64,000 nucleotides of DNA from Bdellovibrionales bacterium (GCA_027317865.1 DAHVQG010000007.1:58887-122886); one strand, 5' to 3'. Counted from the stretch's first letter, positions 47,443 through 58,611 are shown. The notes: generated by a model not told the origin, from the sequence alone. Numbers and translations are program-made.

Positions 47443-48447
47443 TTAAGCAAATACGCTCGCGAGAACAAAGCTGAGGAGACCCAGTACATACGCGACGACC
47501 ATTGAAATTAATAAGAAATTTGTTTCTTTTGGAGCATCCCGAAATTCATCCCAAAAGTAAATCGACCAAAGCGCAGAAATGAGCATAGCGCCTTCTGAGA
47601 TTCCGAACGAAACTCCAAAGCCCATGCGTTCCGCAGCGAGTACGCTGAGTTCAAGGCCGAAACACCAAATTGAGCCGCTTAAAACTCCGACTAAGTGATC
47701 GCGCAAACTTGCATTCAAATAGTCGTCAATTGTGAGCGGCTGGCCCGAGATCGGTTCTTCCATAAGACTGGGGATAAATAGAAGCGCGCTTAAAAAAACG
47801 CCAACAGCAAATGAAAATACGGACCCATAGGGCCCCAGTTTGCCTATTTCGGGCGGATTGTAATGGTGCGCGGTTGCCATTGCCAGCACACAATAAAACA
47901 AACCAAACAAAGCACCGCTTGCGACAGGTAAAACCAGTTTTGAAAGTGACGGACGCGTTCTTTGCGGGCGAACATACTTAAAGGCTTGAGCATCCAACCA
48001 AATTGCATAAACGATCAATATAACGCCGGCAAACAATAGTGCCGGGTGCCCCTTTGGCGAAGTGATGTAATTTGAGAGGACCCCCACGACAAGGCCAGCA
48101 ACCACCGTGACCGGTAGTGCGATTTGTATTCCGACCGAGGCGATCGCATTTACAATTAAAACGTTTGAAAAGTTAAATAAGATTCCACTCGAAAAGGCGA
48201 GTACGAAATAATCAACTTTTGACTGCGCGAGATCGTCGAAGAATGACCGGCCCACGTTGCCAACCGAACCCCATGTAAAACCGAGCACGATGGTTGCGAG
48301 CAAAATGCCAATTGCATGGTCCCAATAGAATAACTCAAAACGCCACTTTTCAATCGCCAGATTTTCGATTTTAGCCCAAGAACCCCAGCAAACCATTGTA
48401 ATCAAACAGCATATGATGGCTTCGGCAAAGGTACTGGGGACATACAT
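47443..48447 (-). CDS. DMT-superfamily transporter (GRP/ureide-permease-like)
   Basis: MVCWGSW, WRFELFYWD; about ten TM segments. Confidence 0.75.
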   Translation of the reverse strand: MYVPSTFAEAIICCLITMVCWGSWAKIENLAIEKWRFELFYWDHAIGILLATIVLGFTWGSVGNVGRSFFDDLAQSKVDYFVLAFSSGILFNFSNVLIVNAIASVGIQIALPVTVVAGLVVGVLSNYITSPKGHPALLFAGVILIVYAIWLDAQAFKYVRPQRTRPSLSKLVLPVASGALFGLFYCVLAMATAHHYNPPEIGKLGPYGSVFSFAVGVFLSALLFIPSLMEEPISGQPLTIDDYLNASLRDHLVGVLSGSIWCFGLELSVLAAERMGFGVSFGISEGAMLISALWSIYFWDEFRDAPKETNFLLISMVVAYVLGLLSFVLASVFA

Positions 48448-48542
48448 GAGATCCTCCGCGTGGATCCAGCCCGAAGACGGCAGTTTGAGAGCTGCCGTCT
48501 ATTTTCATACCCGGTTCGACCCGCGCGGAGGGTAAATATTTT

Positions 48543-50036
48543 TTAATTCTGCACGTTCAGCGCAAATTTTTGGCTATCGACGAATGTTTTATGGCCGGCG
48601 GAATACGATTGTCCCTGCAACCATAAAATGTACGTTCCGTTGGGTACGGTCGGCGTGCGCCAGCCCATCGTCATTTCGCTTGCTACGTTAGGCGAACCGT
48701 AGTGCGTTACTTTACCGTTTGGGTCTTGAATAAAGAGCGAAATTCTTTGAAGCGGAACAGAACTTGTTGTGTCAACCGCCACATTAAATACTATTCGGCC
48801 GTGCACGGGCTGAGTGGCATCAAACTTTGGCGTCGCCACGATTTTGTAATTTTCCGGTTGATTGGCCACGTAGAAATAGCGGTAAATCTTCGCGGCACTG
48901 TTGCCTGCAACCAAAGTATATTTACCATCTGGCAATGTGGTCGTGTTCAATGTTAAATTGCACGCGCGAGAATGGCATGAAGTGTGAGCATTTTGGGCGT
49001 GGCTCGCATTTTCAATCGAGAGATTAAGCGCTCCATTATTCATTGTCGGATTTGCTTCAAGATCAGAAGCGCTGAATGTTCTGACGCCCGAAACAAAAGT
49101 GCGGTCGCGAAGCGGTGAGTAAATATAGTCTGGTGATTTGTTGAGTTGAAACTGCGTGTTATTTTGCCCGATGCCCGAAATGTCATCGTAGCTAACATAA
49201 GCAAAACCTTTCATGCCCCAACTTCGGCCCCAACTGTTGCGAATGATCCACGCGCCTTTGGCATCATTGTAACCAATCAGAGAAACCGCGTGCCCACCGA
49301 GCTCGGGGCCGGTTACGTGCTTATAAACGCCGCTCGAGTAAGTGATGAAATCAGAATAAACAACCATGGTTGTGACCATCGGGCCGTTTTGTAACGCTTC
49401 TTTGACTTGTTCCATACCGTACGGGTTTGTGTACGACGAAATTTTGATGGAACGTTGCGCAGCGTTCGGGCAAATCGAAGAACAATCGACATCTTTACCT
49501 GTTGCGCCTTCTGTATAAGGCGCACAAGCTTCGTCGGGGACACCATTGGATACAAGAAATTGTGCGGCGAGATTGGGCATCCAGCCGTAATCGCACATGC
49601 CGCCGCCACAAGCGAATAATGCTTGGGGCGAAAGTTCCAAATCAAGACTCGGAATGCCAGAAGTAACGTTGATTTGCGATTCGAGCGTGCCGATCGTGGC
49701 AAATGCGACACAACTTCCACACTCGCCTTGATTGAGCATCGGTGCTTCGTAATCAAAACCGTTATGGTTACGCCAATCAAGAGACGGCGGTATGTTTGCC
49801 GGAGTGTAATTCAAAGTTGAGAAATCAACGGGAGAAGGATGCACGCCTCGCGCGCCCATCATGTGCACCAATTCAGTACGCGACAAATGGTTCAACCAGT
49901 TGTCTTTTGCGCGCCAGGTGGCGTGGTTTGCCTCTAAATGTTTATTTAAAAGTTTAACCGATAAAAATTCAGCACCAAATGCACGGGCCGTGTACAACAG
50001 CGGCATACATGCCAATAAAACGAGCAGCTTTTTCAT
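48543..50036 (-). CDS. Secreted papain-like C1A cysteine peptidase with C-terminal beta domains
   Basis: LDWR, QGECGSC, GGHAV, NSWG. Confidence 0.92.
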   Translation of the reverse strand: MKKLLVLLACMPLLYTARAFGAEFLSVKLLNKHLEANHATWRAKDNWLNHLSRTELVHMMGARGVHPSPVDFSTLNYTPANIPPSLDWRNHNGFDYEAPMLNQGECGSCVAFATIGTLESQINVTSGIPSLDLELSPQALFACGGGMCDYGWMPNLAAQFLVSNGVPDEACAPYTEGATGKDVDCSSICPNAAQRSIKISSYTNPYGMEQVKEALQNGPMVTTMVVYSDFITYSSGVYKHVTGPELGGHAVSLIGYNDAKGAWIIRNSWGRSWGMKGFAYVSYDDISGIGQNNTQFQLNKSPDYIYSPLRDRTFVSGVRTFSASDLEANPTMNNGALNLSIENASHAQNAHTSCHSRACNLTLNTTTLPDGKYTLVAGNSAAKIYRYFYVANQPENYKIVATPKFDATQPVHGRIVFNVAVDTTSSVPLQRISLFIQDPNGKVTHYGSPNVASEMTMGWRTPTVPNGTYILWLQGQSYSAGHKTFVDSQKFALNVQN

Positions 50037-50141
50037 GAAAATCCCCCTCCCATAGGTGAAAAGCTTACCGGCTGGGGGATTTATGAATACTGCTAGTTTT
50101 TAATGAGACTAAAAACTAGCCTTTGGTTTTGGTATCTCGCA

Positions 50142-50528
50142 CTAATGCCATTTTTCTTCGTCGAAGTCTTTGTAATCTTCGTCGCGACTTGAGCGTGAAC
50201 TGCGGCCATAATTGGTTTGGTCGAAGTTGCGTTCATCATAGGCGCGTTGACTTCGTCGGCCTCTCGCCGATCGCGCGCGCTCAATGTAACCATCTCTCAC
50301 GGGCTCTCTGACATTTCGAGTTTGAGGACGTACATAATCGCGGCCTCTACCGCCGTGACTAGCTCGGCCACCCATGCTTGCAATTGCTCGTCGTTCTGCG
50401 AGTGACATCGCGGCGAATCCGCGCCGACTTGTTCCGCTTTTTTTCTTCGAAGCCTTACGAGACTTGAAGCTTCGTCGCGTGGGTGTGTGTCGTCGTGCAC
50501 GTGAAGTTCTACTTTGTGTTCGTGCCAT
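50142..50528 (-). CDS. KGG-motif stress-induced protein with an R/K/S-rich N-terminus
   Basis: RGFAAMS.AERRAIASMGGRASHG; GGAGG SD before ATG 50528. Confidence 0.75.
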   Translation of the reverse strand: MARTQSRTSRARRHTPTRRSFKSRKASKKKSGTSRRGFAAMSLAERRAIASMGGRASHGGRGRDYVRPQTRNVREPVRDGYIERARSARGRRSQRAYDERNFDQTNYGRSSRSSRDEDYKDFDEEKWH

Positions 50529-50602
50529 TTTCGAACCCTCCATTTGAAGTCGTAGTAACTGTTGTTTTCGGACTTTGTCTTACTGTCTAATTATTCGAAC
50601 AG

Positions 50603-50618
50603 TGCAACTATTGTGCCA
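50603..50618 (-). promoter_or_regulatory. sigma54 -24/-12 promoter
   Basis: Minus strand TGGCACA-ATAG-TTGCA, near consensus. Confidence 0.7.
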
Positions 50619-50714
50619 CTACGGCACAGTTTAGACACAATGGCGCGGGCACGCTTTCGGTTATACTGACACGTGGAGAAGTTCCTCTAGAACTGCTAAT
50701 CTGTGGACACTATT

Positions 50715-51254
50715 TCATCGACCGTATCGCGCTTGCAGACGACCGGCCGCAATCTTCAAATGGTTGAGATTGAATCCAACCATTGCGGCTGTTGCATTTT
50801 CATCGAGCGGAACTTTTTCTTTTAAAGCATACACAGTAAATACGTAGCGGTGCGGTTTTCCGGGAGGCGGGCAAGGACCGCCGTAACCGAATTGACCGTA
50901 ATCGTTTCGGCCTTGAATTGCGCCTTCTGGGAGTGGTGCCTTGCCGGAACCAGCGCCGAGCGCGAGGTGATTCACATTTGCGGGAATGTTAAACACGATC
51001 CAGTGCCACCATCCCGAACCGGTCGGTGCATCGGGGTCAAATACCGTGACGGCAAATGCTTTGGTATTTTTCGGCGCTCCCGACCATTCAAGATCCGGCG
51101 AAATGTTTTGCCCATCACAACCGGAACCGTTGAACACTTGCTCTATCGGAATTGATTTGCCTTTTCGAATCGCGTTACTTTTTAACGTTAACGTAGATGC
51201 CATACTCGCCACTCCTAAAACGATTGTTGCTATAAAAAATTGTCGAACGATCAT
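50715..51254 (-). CDS. YbhB/YbcL (PEBP/Raf kinase inhibitor-like) protein
   Basis: DPDAP, GWWHW, YGGPCPP, HRY. Confidence 0.92.
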   Translation of the reverse strand: MIVRQFFIATIVLGVASMASTLTLKSNAIRKGKSIPIEQVFNGSGCDGQNISPDLEWSGAPKNTKAFAVTVFDPDAPTGSGWWHWIVFNIPANVNHLALGAGSGKAPLPEGAIQGRNDYGQFGYGGPCPPPGKPHRYVFTVYALKEKVPLDENATAAMVGFNLNHLKIAAGRLQARYGR

Positions 51255-51264
51255 CTTCGTAAGC

Positions 51265-51771
51265 CTAATCGGGGAGTGTTAGAAAAACAAGCGCAGCTGA
51301 GTCGATAACCAGTAATCGAGTTGCGGCGTTGAGCGCGCCTGACCATGGTGCGGGGGCGAGCCACAAGTAAAACCATTCTCCGCCGATTGTAATAAAGCCG
51401 GTAGTGAAAAGAACGAAACCAATTGTTAAACCGATTAGGGCCCACGACTTAGCGTTCGCAAATTGTTCGTTTGAGCCATGACGTATTTTATATAGGTCAG
51501 TCGCGCCGCCTAAACACAAAATTGCGGCGACCATTTCGGCAACGATAATGAGTAAATAAACGGCGTGATGCGCGAGAGGCGAATGAAATGCCCGCCAATG
51601 TGGTGCGAGGGTAGGCAATGCCTTCATATTCAGAACATGTTCAACGTATGAAAAGTTGATGTCGTAATTGAAAATATTGTTCAACGCAATTGCGCCTAAC
51701 AATACTGCAACACAACTGACCACAGTGATTTTGCAATAACGTAAAACCATCATATTGCGATTTGTTTGCAA
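51265..51771 (-). CDS. DUF2165-like membrane protein (start uncertain)
   Basis: NNIFNY..N..VEHVLNM, WRA, IGGEWF. Confidence 0.75.
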   Translation of the reverse strand: MQTNRNMMVLRYCKITVVSCVAVLLGAIALNNIFNYDINFSYVEHVLNMKALPTLAPHWRAFHSPLAHHAVYLLIIVAEMVAAILCLGGATDLYKIRHGSNEQFANAKSWALIGLTIGFVLFTTGFITIGGEWFYLWLAPAPWSGALNAATRLLVIDSAALVFLTLPD

Positions 51772-52147
51772 AAATAGTGCTAACTTCGCTGTGGCCTATT
51801 GCCAGGAAAACAGTGGGCATGGTTCCGAATTCGGCCTTGTCCCGCCTCTAATTAGCGTCGGTGTGTCGGTCTGTTTTGTTTGCGATGCAATACCCGGACC
51901 CTCCGGGCATTTTTGACAATGCAAGATTACGTCAAACTAAATCAGCTCGAGTCGTAGGGATTTGATCGCGTTGGTGGTCGATTTTTTGTGCGGTGGTTGA
52001 GCGTTGTGAATACGTCTTGAGTTCCTGTCGCTAAAACGCTGGGATTAAGACGAAAACGCGGCGTGAGGTTTCGTTGCCTAAATTTGGCGTGATTCACGGA
52101 GTCCTAAACCATAGACAATAAATCTTCAAAGATTTAATCATTATTAC

Positions 52148-52306
52148 ATGGAAATAATCAGACCTGGAAAAAGTTCGGATGCCGAAGCTATTGCAAAGGT
52201 CCACGTTATCGCGTGGCGTGAAACCTACGCGGGAATTGTTCCCAACGACTATTTGGATTCGCTTTCCGTTTATTGTTCAACGTATGCCTGTCGAGTTTTT
52301 GGTTGA
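52148..52306 (+). pseudogene. Truncated GNAT acetyltransferase fragment (52 aa)
   Basis: My translation MEIIRPGKSSDAEAIAKVHVIAWRETYAGIVPNDYLDSLS... is a typical GNAT N-terminus; the rest is absent. Confidence 0.7.
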
Positions 52307-52341
52307 TGACGAATCAACCCGCATGGACTAGAAGCAGAAGT

Positions 52342-52716
52342 ATGCCGACTCAATTAATTGAATCTTCATGTCATTGTGGTGCTGTAAAGTTGCAGATCGA
52401 AGGCGATATTCCTGAAACGTTGACCTCATGCAATTGTTCGCTCTGTCGCCGATACGGAGATTTAATGGCTTATTATTCACCCACAAAAGTTAAAATCTTT
52501 GCTGAGTCTGGTGCCACTGATGAATACATTTGGGGAGACAAGAGTATCGCATTTGTCCGATGTAGTAATTGTGGCTGCTTTAGTCATTGGAGAAGTTTAG
52601 ATCCCAATCAAAACGATCGAATGGGCGTAAACGCGCGGCTCTTTACAAACGTTGAAATCGACAAAATTCGCATCCGCCATTTCGATGGGGCAAACACCTG
52701 GCAATATCTTGACTGA
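52342..52716 (+). CDS. GFA/CENP-V family Zn protein
   Basis: CHCG, CNCSLC, CSNCG, MGVNAR. Confidence 0.88.
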   Translation: MPTQLIESSCHCGAVKLQIEGDIPETLTSCNCSLCRRYGDLMAYYSPTKVKIFAESGATDEYIWGDKSIAFVRCSNCGCFSHWRSLDPNQNDRMGVNARLFTNVEIDKIRIRHFDGANTWQYLD

Positions 52717-52754
52717 TTTTTGAATGGAACCGTTAGCAAACCAAATCCGACCGG

Positions 52755-53198
52755 CTAACAAAACAAAGCACGGATTTTGGTGCAGTAAGGTTTGGCGAAA
52801 AGAGCGAGGTATAATTCAAGCAGAGTGACTACGATTGCAAGTGGCAAGCCCGAACGGTCGATAAAAAAGTGAAACAAAAAAATGTTAGCAACTACGGGTG
52901 CCAGTATAACAACTCCAAGTGAAACGTAGGCGCCGGTCAGAAGTAGTGCTCCACCAACGACTTGCACCCCAAAAAGAAACGGAATGAAATAGCCGGTCGC
53001 ATATAAGCCCGAGAAAAACTGTTCGGGTCTTCCGTGCATCGGCGGCATCGGCAGAAAATGAAAAAATCCGTTGAGGCCAAACACGACAAATATCAAGCCC
53101 AATACAATGCGTGCGATTGTGGTCAATTTGCTCAAGTGGAGGCTCCTTGCCAGATAATTAAATGGTTTCTTCACAAAAATTGTTCCACCATGCAGCAA
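52755..53198 (-). CDS. DoxX family membrane protein (start uncertain)
   Basis: ARIVLGLIFVVFGLNGF, LAPVVANIFLFH. Confidence 0.78.
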   Translation of the reverse strand: MLHGGTIFVKKPFNYLARSLHLSKLTTIARIVLGLIFVVFGLNGFFHFLPMPPMHGRPEQFFSGLYATGYFIPFLFGVQVVGGALLLTGAYVSLGVVILAPVVANIFLFHFFIDRSGLPLAIVVTLLELYLALFAKPYCTKIRALFC

Positions 53199-53238
53199 CC
53201 CGTGTCAATATGACGCAATTACATTTAGAATGGCATGA

Positions 53239-54159
53239 ATGAACCCCATCATTGAAGTTTCACATTTAAATAAGATTTATGCCGGTGGTTTTCAGGCGCT
53301 AAAGGACGTCAGTCTTCAAATTGATAAGGGCGAGATCTTTGCGCTTCTTGGGCCGAACGGTGCGGGCAAAACAACGCTGATTCATATTATTTGTGGGATC
53401 GTCAACCGGACTTCCGGTGAAGTGTTGGTTGATGGTCACGATATTATACGTGACTACCGGTACACCCGTTCGCTGATTGGGTTGGTTCCACAAGAATTAG
53501 CGACCGATCAATTTGAAACCGTATGGAATATCGTCCGTTTCAGCCGCGGCATTTTTGATCAACCAAAAAACCCGGCTTATCTTGAAAGCGTGCTGAAAAA
53601 TCTCGCGCTGTGGGAGAAACGCAAAAACAAAATTATGACATTATCGGGCGGGATGAAACGACGTGTGATGATTGCCAAAGCACTCGCGCACGAACCGCAG
53701 ATTTTGTTTTTGGACGAACCAACGGCCGGTGTCGATGTCGAACTTCGCAAAAGCATGTGGGAGCAAGTGCGGCGGCTTCGCGAATCGGGCGTCACGATCA
53801 TTCTTACCACGCACTATATCGAAGAGGCGGAAGAACTTGCCGATCGAATCGGCGTGATTAACCACGGGGAGCTTATCGTAACCGAAGATAAAAGTCGTTT
53901 GATGAAAAAATTGGGTAAAAAAGAATTGAACCTTGAACTCAAAGCGCCGCTCAAAGCCATTCCCGAGGCACTTTCGGGTTACCAGCTCAAATTATCGCCG
54001 GATGGTCTGGTGCTGACTTTGGCTTACGATTCAACGCACAACGAAAGCGGAATTACAGAATTATTGGATCGACTTAAAGAAAACGGCGTGAGTTACAAAG
54101 ACATTTATACCAAACAAAGCAGTCTTGAAGAAATATTTGTGCAATTGGTGCATCAATGA
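53239..54159 (+). CDS. ABC transporter ATP-binding protein (YadG-like)
   Basis: [21 protein letters not shown]. Confidence 0.93.
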   Translation: MNPIIEVSHLNKIYAGGFQALKDVSLQIDKGEIFALLGPNGAGKTTLIHIICGIVNRTSGEVLVDGHDIIRDYRYTRSLIGLVPQELATDQFETVWNIVRFSRGIFDQPKNPAYLESVLKNLALWEKRKNKIMTLSGGMKRRVMIAKALAHEPQILFLDEPTAGVDVELRKSMWEQVRRLRESGVTIILTTHYIEEAEELADRIGVINHGELIVTEDKSRLMKKLGKKELNLELKAPLKAIPEALSGYQLKLSPDGLVLTLAYDSTHNESGITELLDRLKENGVSYKDIYTKQSSLEEIFVQLVHQ

Positions 54160-54923
54160 GAATTAATTTTCGAGCGATTGGGGCCATATATAGGTTTGAA
54201 ATGGCGCGAACATTTCGAACAATCCTGCAGAGTATAGCGTCGCCGGTGATTTCGACGACGTTGTATTTTATCGTTTTCGGGTCCGCGATCGGTAAGCACA
54301 TGAGCGCTGTTAACGGTGTAAGTTACGGGGCTTTTATTGTTCCGGGTCTTACAATGCTAACGGTACTGCAACAAAGTGTCGCCAATGCGTCGTTCGGAAT
54401 TTATTTTCCGCGTTTTGTCGGGACGATTTACGAAGTTCTTTCGGCGCCCGTCTCATACTTCGAAATTTTGGTCGGATATGTCGGAGCGGCTACAACGAAG
54501 GCTATGATGGTCGGAACGATCATTCTGCTAACGTCATGCTTTTTTGTGCCGTTACATGTTGACCATCCGTTTTGGATGATCGGTTTTCTTTTGCTGACAT
54601 CTTTATCATTCAGTCTTTTGGGTTTTATCATTGGCATTTGGGCCGATGGGTTTGAGAAGCTGCAGCTCATACCGCTTCTCATCATCACGCCGCTGGCGTT
54701 TTTAGGCGGTGCTTTTTATTCCATCAAAATGCTGCCGCCGCTGTGGCAAAAAATTTCGATGGCCAATCCGGTTGTCTATTTGATCAGCGGTTTTCGCTGG
54801 AGCTTTTATGAAAGATCGGATGTCAGCGTGCAGACAAGTCTTTTGATGATCAGTCTTTTTCTCGCCATTTGCATATTAATCGTAGCGAGAATTTTTAAAA
54901 CCGGTTACCGGCTCAAAACATGA
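54156..54923 (+). CDS. ABC-2 permease (YadH-like)
   Basis: [27 protein letters not shown]. Confidence 0.9.
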   Translation: MRINFRAIGAIYRFEMARTFRTILQSIASPVISTTLYFIVFGSAIGKHMSAVNGVSYGAFIVPGLTMLTVLQQSVANASFGIYFPRFVGTIYEVLSAPVSYFEILVGYVGAATTKAMMVGTIILLTSCFFVPLHVDHPFWMIGFLLLTSLSFSLLGFIIGIWADGFEKLQLIPLLIITPLAFLGGAFYSIKMLPPLWQKISMANPVVYLISGFRWSFYERSDVSVQTSLLMISLFLAICILIVARIFKTGYRLKT

Positions 54924-56479
54924 TAGATCCGAAGTCGTCAGTTCTCGACAACCGGTATTTTGCGGTGCCGTTGCGCGATTGGACCTGGCTTTTTGCGCTC
55001 GGGCTCCTTCGCTTTTTGATCGGTCTACATTACGGTTTGGGCGTCGACGAAGCTCATTACGCGCTGTATGGTTTGCACCTCGATTGGAGTTATTTCGACG
55101 ACACACCGCTAGTCGGTTGGGTTCAAGCGATTTTTTTACATTTGTTTGGACTTCATGATTGGGTCGTACATCTACCGGCTGAAATTGCCGGTGTCGTTTC
55201 AGGTCTCTTAGCCTTTCGTTTATGTGAAAAACTCACTGGTGATGTAAGGGCCGCGCGTTGGGGCGCAATCGCTTTAAGCGTTTCATTTTTGCCAAACGGT
55301 CTTTGGTTTATGCTGGAGCCCGACACCCTCCTTCTCATTTTTGTATTTTGGCTTTGTGAAATCGTAATCCGTCTTCGCAACTCCGGTTATCGGAATTGGC
55401 GCGAGTGGTGCGAATTGGGTTTATGTTTGGGGCTCTGCGGGCTATCGAAGTATACCGCCATTATTTTGGTACCCGGACTTTTGCTTTTTTCACTTTGGGA
55501 GCGAAATTATCGCGAAATCAAAGACCATGTGTCAAAGTTTCTCGCCGCTGTGGTGATTGCGTCGATCATTGTTTCACCCGTTTTTTACTGGAATGCGATT
55601 CACGGTTGGATCAGTTTTCATTATCAAATTTCGCACGTCGTTTATGCTCATCGCCTCTCGCTCAAGCATTATTTGAAAAATTTTGTTTCATTTATAGGCG
55701 TGCAAACTGTGGCTTACAGTCCGTTTGTTATTGCGGCTGCAGCGATCGGCTGGTGGCGATGGAAGCGAAATTTTAGCGAGTTCACTGGCACGCAATTGTC
55801 ATTGGGGCGACTCATACTTAGCCTCGCGCTGACTTGCTTGGCCTTTTTTGCTTATACAAGCTCACGACAACCGGGTTTGCCGCACTGGACTTTCTTTGCA
55901 TGGGGCCTTCTGCTGCCGGCCGGCGTTTCGATCGGAGCTGCGCCCACGCCGAGTGGCCGCCGTGCAGGCGTGTTTGCGCGCGGGTTGACCGTCGTCTCGA
56001 GTCTCGTTGTCGGCGTTTTATTTTTCGAACTTGCTTTTCACGTGATTCATTATCCACCATACCGGTCGCCGTATAACGATTTTGCCGGTTGGCAGGAGCT
56101 AAGGCCTACGGTTAAGAAGCTAGTTGCAGAAGAGTGCGAAAATTTCCGTATTCGACCTATGCGTACAAAGGCCGCCGCTTTATGTGAAAAAATTGCTATC
56201 GGTGTGCCGAATTGGACTCTTGGTAGCCGTGCCATGTGGTATTATTCGGGCATCGCGCCCGTTTACGTACTCGACAATAAATTCGACCAGTTCAATTTGT
56301 GGGAAGGCAATCCGCCCATCGGTAAAGACCTTTTGATTTTGCAATGGCGAGGCTTTCCGATGAAGCTCGATCAAAAATCGAAATGTACAAGCATTCAACC
56401 CATTGGCACAAAAGTTTTCTCTGAGCACGGCATACCGATCACTTCGGTAAAACTTTGGTGGTGTTTGGGCTACAAGTAA
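54920..56479 (+). CDS. GT-C glycosyltransferase (ArnT/PMT_2-like)
   Basis: DEAHY, YFDDTP, PD, LSKY; multiple TM segments. Confidence 0.85.
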   Translation: MIDPKSSVLDNRYFAVPLRDWTWLFALGLLRFLIGLHYGLGVDEAHYALYGLHLDWSYFDDTPLVGWVQAIFLHLFGLHDWVVHLPAEIAGVVSGLLAFRLCEKLTGDVRAARWGAIALSVSFLPNGLWFMLEPDTLLLIFVFWLCEIVIRLRNSGYRNWREWCELGLCLGLCGLSKYTAIILVPGLLLFSLWERNYREIKDHVSKFLAAVVIASIIVSPVFYWNAIHGWISFHYQISHVVYAHRLSLKHYLKNFVSFIGVQTVAYSPFVIAAAAIGWWRWKRNFSEFTGTQLSLGRLILSLALTCLAFFAYTSSRQPGLPHWTFFAWGLLLPAGVSIGAAPTPSGRRAGVFARGLTVVSSLVVGVLFFELAFHVIHYPPYRSPYNDFAGWQELRPTVKKLVAEECENFRIRPMRTKAAALCEKIAIGVPNWTLGSRAMWYYSGIAPVYVLDNKFDQFNLWEGNPPIGKDLLILQWRGFPMKLDQKSKCTSIQPIGTKVFSEHGIPITSVKLWWCLGYK

Positions 56480-56580
56480 GAATGTTGTTGCCGCGCCCTG
56501 GCCCGATCGAAATAAGGCCTTGCCATACGGGGCGTATTTTTTCAAACTGTGCCTAAGTCATCCGGAGGACATAGCCTAAT

Positions 56581-57012
56581 ATGGCAGAAGCGAAAACGTC
56601 AGAAATATTTAGCTGCACGCCCGCGGAGTTTTACGGAATTGTCAGCGATTACGAAAAATATCCGGACTTTTTAAGCGAAGTCAAAAATTGCCAAATTTTG
56701 AAAACTGAGCCTGGTCGAAAATTAGTTGAGTACACTGTTTCTATCATCAAAGATTTTAAATACCGGCTATGGATGACCGAAGAGCTCAATCAAAAAGTCG
56801 CATGGGTTTTCGAGTCAGGCGATCTGTTCAAAGTTTCGACCGGGTACTGGCAGCTCCAAGAAGAAGGCGGTAAAACCCGCGCAACGTATTTTTTAGACGC
56901 AAAATTCAACCTGTTTGTACCTGGACCGATTGCAAAAGCTCTGGTCAACGTGAATTTGCCTAACATGATGAGCTCATACCATAAGCGAGTAAAAGAACTT
57001 TATGGCAAGTGA
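56581..57012 (+). CDS. START/SRPBCC (Coq10/RatA-like) protein
   Basis: IVSDYEKYPDFL, GYWQL. Confidence 0.8.
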   Translation: MAEAKTSEIFSCTPAEFYGIVSDYEKYPDFLSEVKNCQILKTEPGRKLVEYTVSIIKDFKYRLWMTEELNQKVAWVFESGDLFKVSTGYWQLQEEGGKTRATYFLDAKFNLFVPGPIAKALVNVNLPNMMSSYHKRVKELYGK

Positions 57013-57355
57013 CGACGGAAGAGACGAAGGTGGATCTCGCAGCAGTTTTGACCTTGTTAAAAAATTGATCAGTGCGGGTGTCGGTGCTGCGTTCATGACC
57101 GAAGAAAGTATCCGCGCGTACCTGGGCGAATTGAAATTGCCCAAAGATGTACTCGGTACCCTTCTGCAGGGTGCGCAAAAATCAAAAGACGAGCTTATGG
57201 ATCGAGTCGGTAATGAAATCATTAAAATCGTGCAGAAAATTGATTTTGTGCACGAGGCCTCGCGTTTCGTCGAGGAACATAAATTTCGCATCACGGCTGA
57301 AGTCGATGTTGTGAAAAAAGACCGCAAAAATTCTCAAGTTGAGACGCCGCTCTGA
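57002..57355 (+). CDS. Conserved hypothetical protein (phasin-like)
   Basis: KKLISAGVGAAFMTEE; overlaps neighbouring genes. Confidence 0.65.
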   Translation: MASDDGRDEGGSRSSFDLVKKLISAGVGAAFMTEESIRAYLGELKLPKDVLGTLLQGAQKSKDELMDRVGNEIIKIVQKIDFVHEASRFVEEHKFRITAEVDVVKKDRKNSQVETPL

Positions 57356-57602
57356 CGATCAGTCTCTCGGTATGTTGGGCTCATGCGTAGTTTTCATTTT
57401 ATCCATTTTGGCTTTTGCCGTTTCGTCGCGCGGGCTTTTTTCGGCTTTGCAAGAAAATGTTGCGTTAACCGCATTGACCACCGGTTATTCGCGGCAAGCC
57501 GTTCGGATTGGCAAAGCATACAAGCTTTTCGCATGGGGTGCGCTGACGCTGTTTTTATTCGCGATGATGATAGGAAGTTTAATTGAGGTCATCCGACTGT
57601 AG
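57339..57602 (+). CDS. Small two-TM hypothetical protein
   Basis: Fills the operon gap; two hydrophobic segments. Confidence 0.5.
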   Translation: MRRRSDDQSLGMLGSCVVFILSILAFAVSSRGLFSALQENVALTALTTGYSRQAVRIGKAYKLFAWGALTLFLFAMMIGSLIEVIRL

Positions 57603-58611
57603 CGCCAAGCCTCAGAAACGCCTGACCGCGTTTGAGCATCGCATTCTGCGGACTTTGCGGAACTGTGGCGCGGTCCATCGGCGCATTCTTATTGCTGTTT
57701 CAGGCGGCGTCGATTCGATGGCGCTTTTGTCGGTACTTGTGCGCTTGCAACCACTTCTAAAAAACGAATTGGCCGTTATTCATGCGCACCACGGTTTGGG
57801 GCCTAATGTACCGCAAAAACAAAAAACATTTCGTAATCGAGCTCGTCAGCTCGTCTCGACGGCGGCCGACGCGTACGGAGTGAAATGTTTTACGGTCGTC
57901 TACAGGGGCCGCGTTGCATTGGCGTCAGAGGCGCAATTTCGCGCTTTTCGATGGCGGGCCATTTTTCGCACACAAAAAACCTGGCGGGCGCAAATCATTG
58001 CGACGGCTCATAATGCTGATGATCTACTTGAAACGCGGCTATTGCGGCTTCTTCGCGGCACGGGTTTAAGGGGGCTTGCGGCGATGTTTGTCAAATCGAG
58101 CACTCAGGAGCGCAGGGTCATTATCCGTCCATTTTTACAAGTGTCGCGTCAAGAAATTTTAAGTTACGCCAAAGAAATGCAGTTGAGTTGGCTCGAAGAT
58201 CCGAGTAATGAGAATTTGGAATATCGACGAAACTGGTTGCGGCACGTGTGGTTACCGCTCCTGCGAAAGGCGTGGCCATCTGCAGATCAAACTTTGGCGC
58301 GTTCTCTTGAAACGATCGTCACCGAATGGTCACAGGTTGGTTCTAGACGTCGAAAACTTTCAAGAGATATAGTGCAAAATAAGGTAATGTCTCGACCAAA
58401 GTATCTCGCGCTCAGTCGTGAAGAGAAATCCGCTTGTCTTGCCGATTATCTGGTTGCAGTGGGTATACACGATTTTACGCAGGGGCAAATATATGAGATT
58501 TCTCGGTATCTTGACAGTTCCCGAAAGCGATTCAAATTTAAAGCGGTACGACGTGAATGGATGGTCACTCCGAGCGAAATTCGTGTTAAACTACAAACAA
58601 GAGGCTTTTAA
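57583..58611 (+). CDS. tilS: tRNA(Ile)-lysidine synthase
   Basis: SGGVDS PP-loop, AHNADD..ET, RP, EDPSN; adjacent to ftsH. Confidence 0.9.
   Translation: MRSSDCSAKPQKRLTAFEHRILRTLRNCGAVHRRILIAVSGGVDSMALLSVLVRLQPLLKNELAVIHAHHGLGPNVPQKQKTFRNRARQLVSTAADAYGVKCFTVVYRGRVALASEAQFRAFRWRAIFRTQKTWRAQIIATAHNADDLLETRLLRLLRGTGLRGLAAMFVKSSTQERRVIIRPFLQVSRQEILSYAKEMQLSWLEDPSNENLEYRRNWLRHVWLPLLRKAWPSADQTLARSLETIVTEWSQVGSRRRKLSRDIVQNKVMSRPKYLALSREEKSACLADYLVAVGIHDFTQGQIYEISRYLDSSRKRFKFKAVRREWMVTPSEIRVKLQTRGF

Noticed and set aside
39540..56580. A further att repeat defining a tandem second island
   Set aside because: No additional CCGCCACCTCCA copy found by eye; an exact search would be needed to exclude degenerate copies
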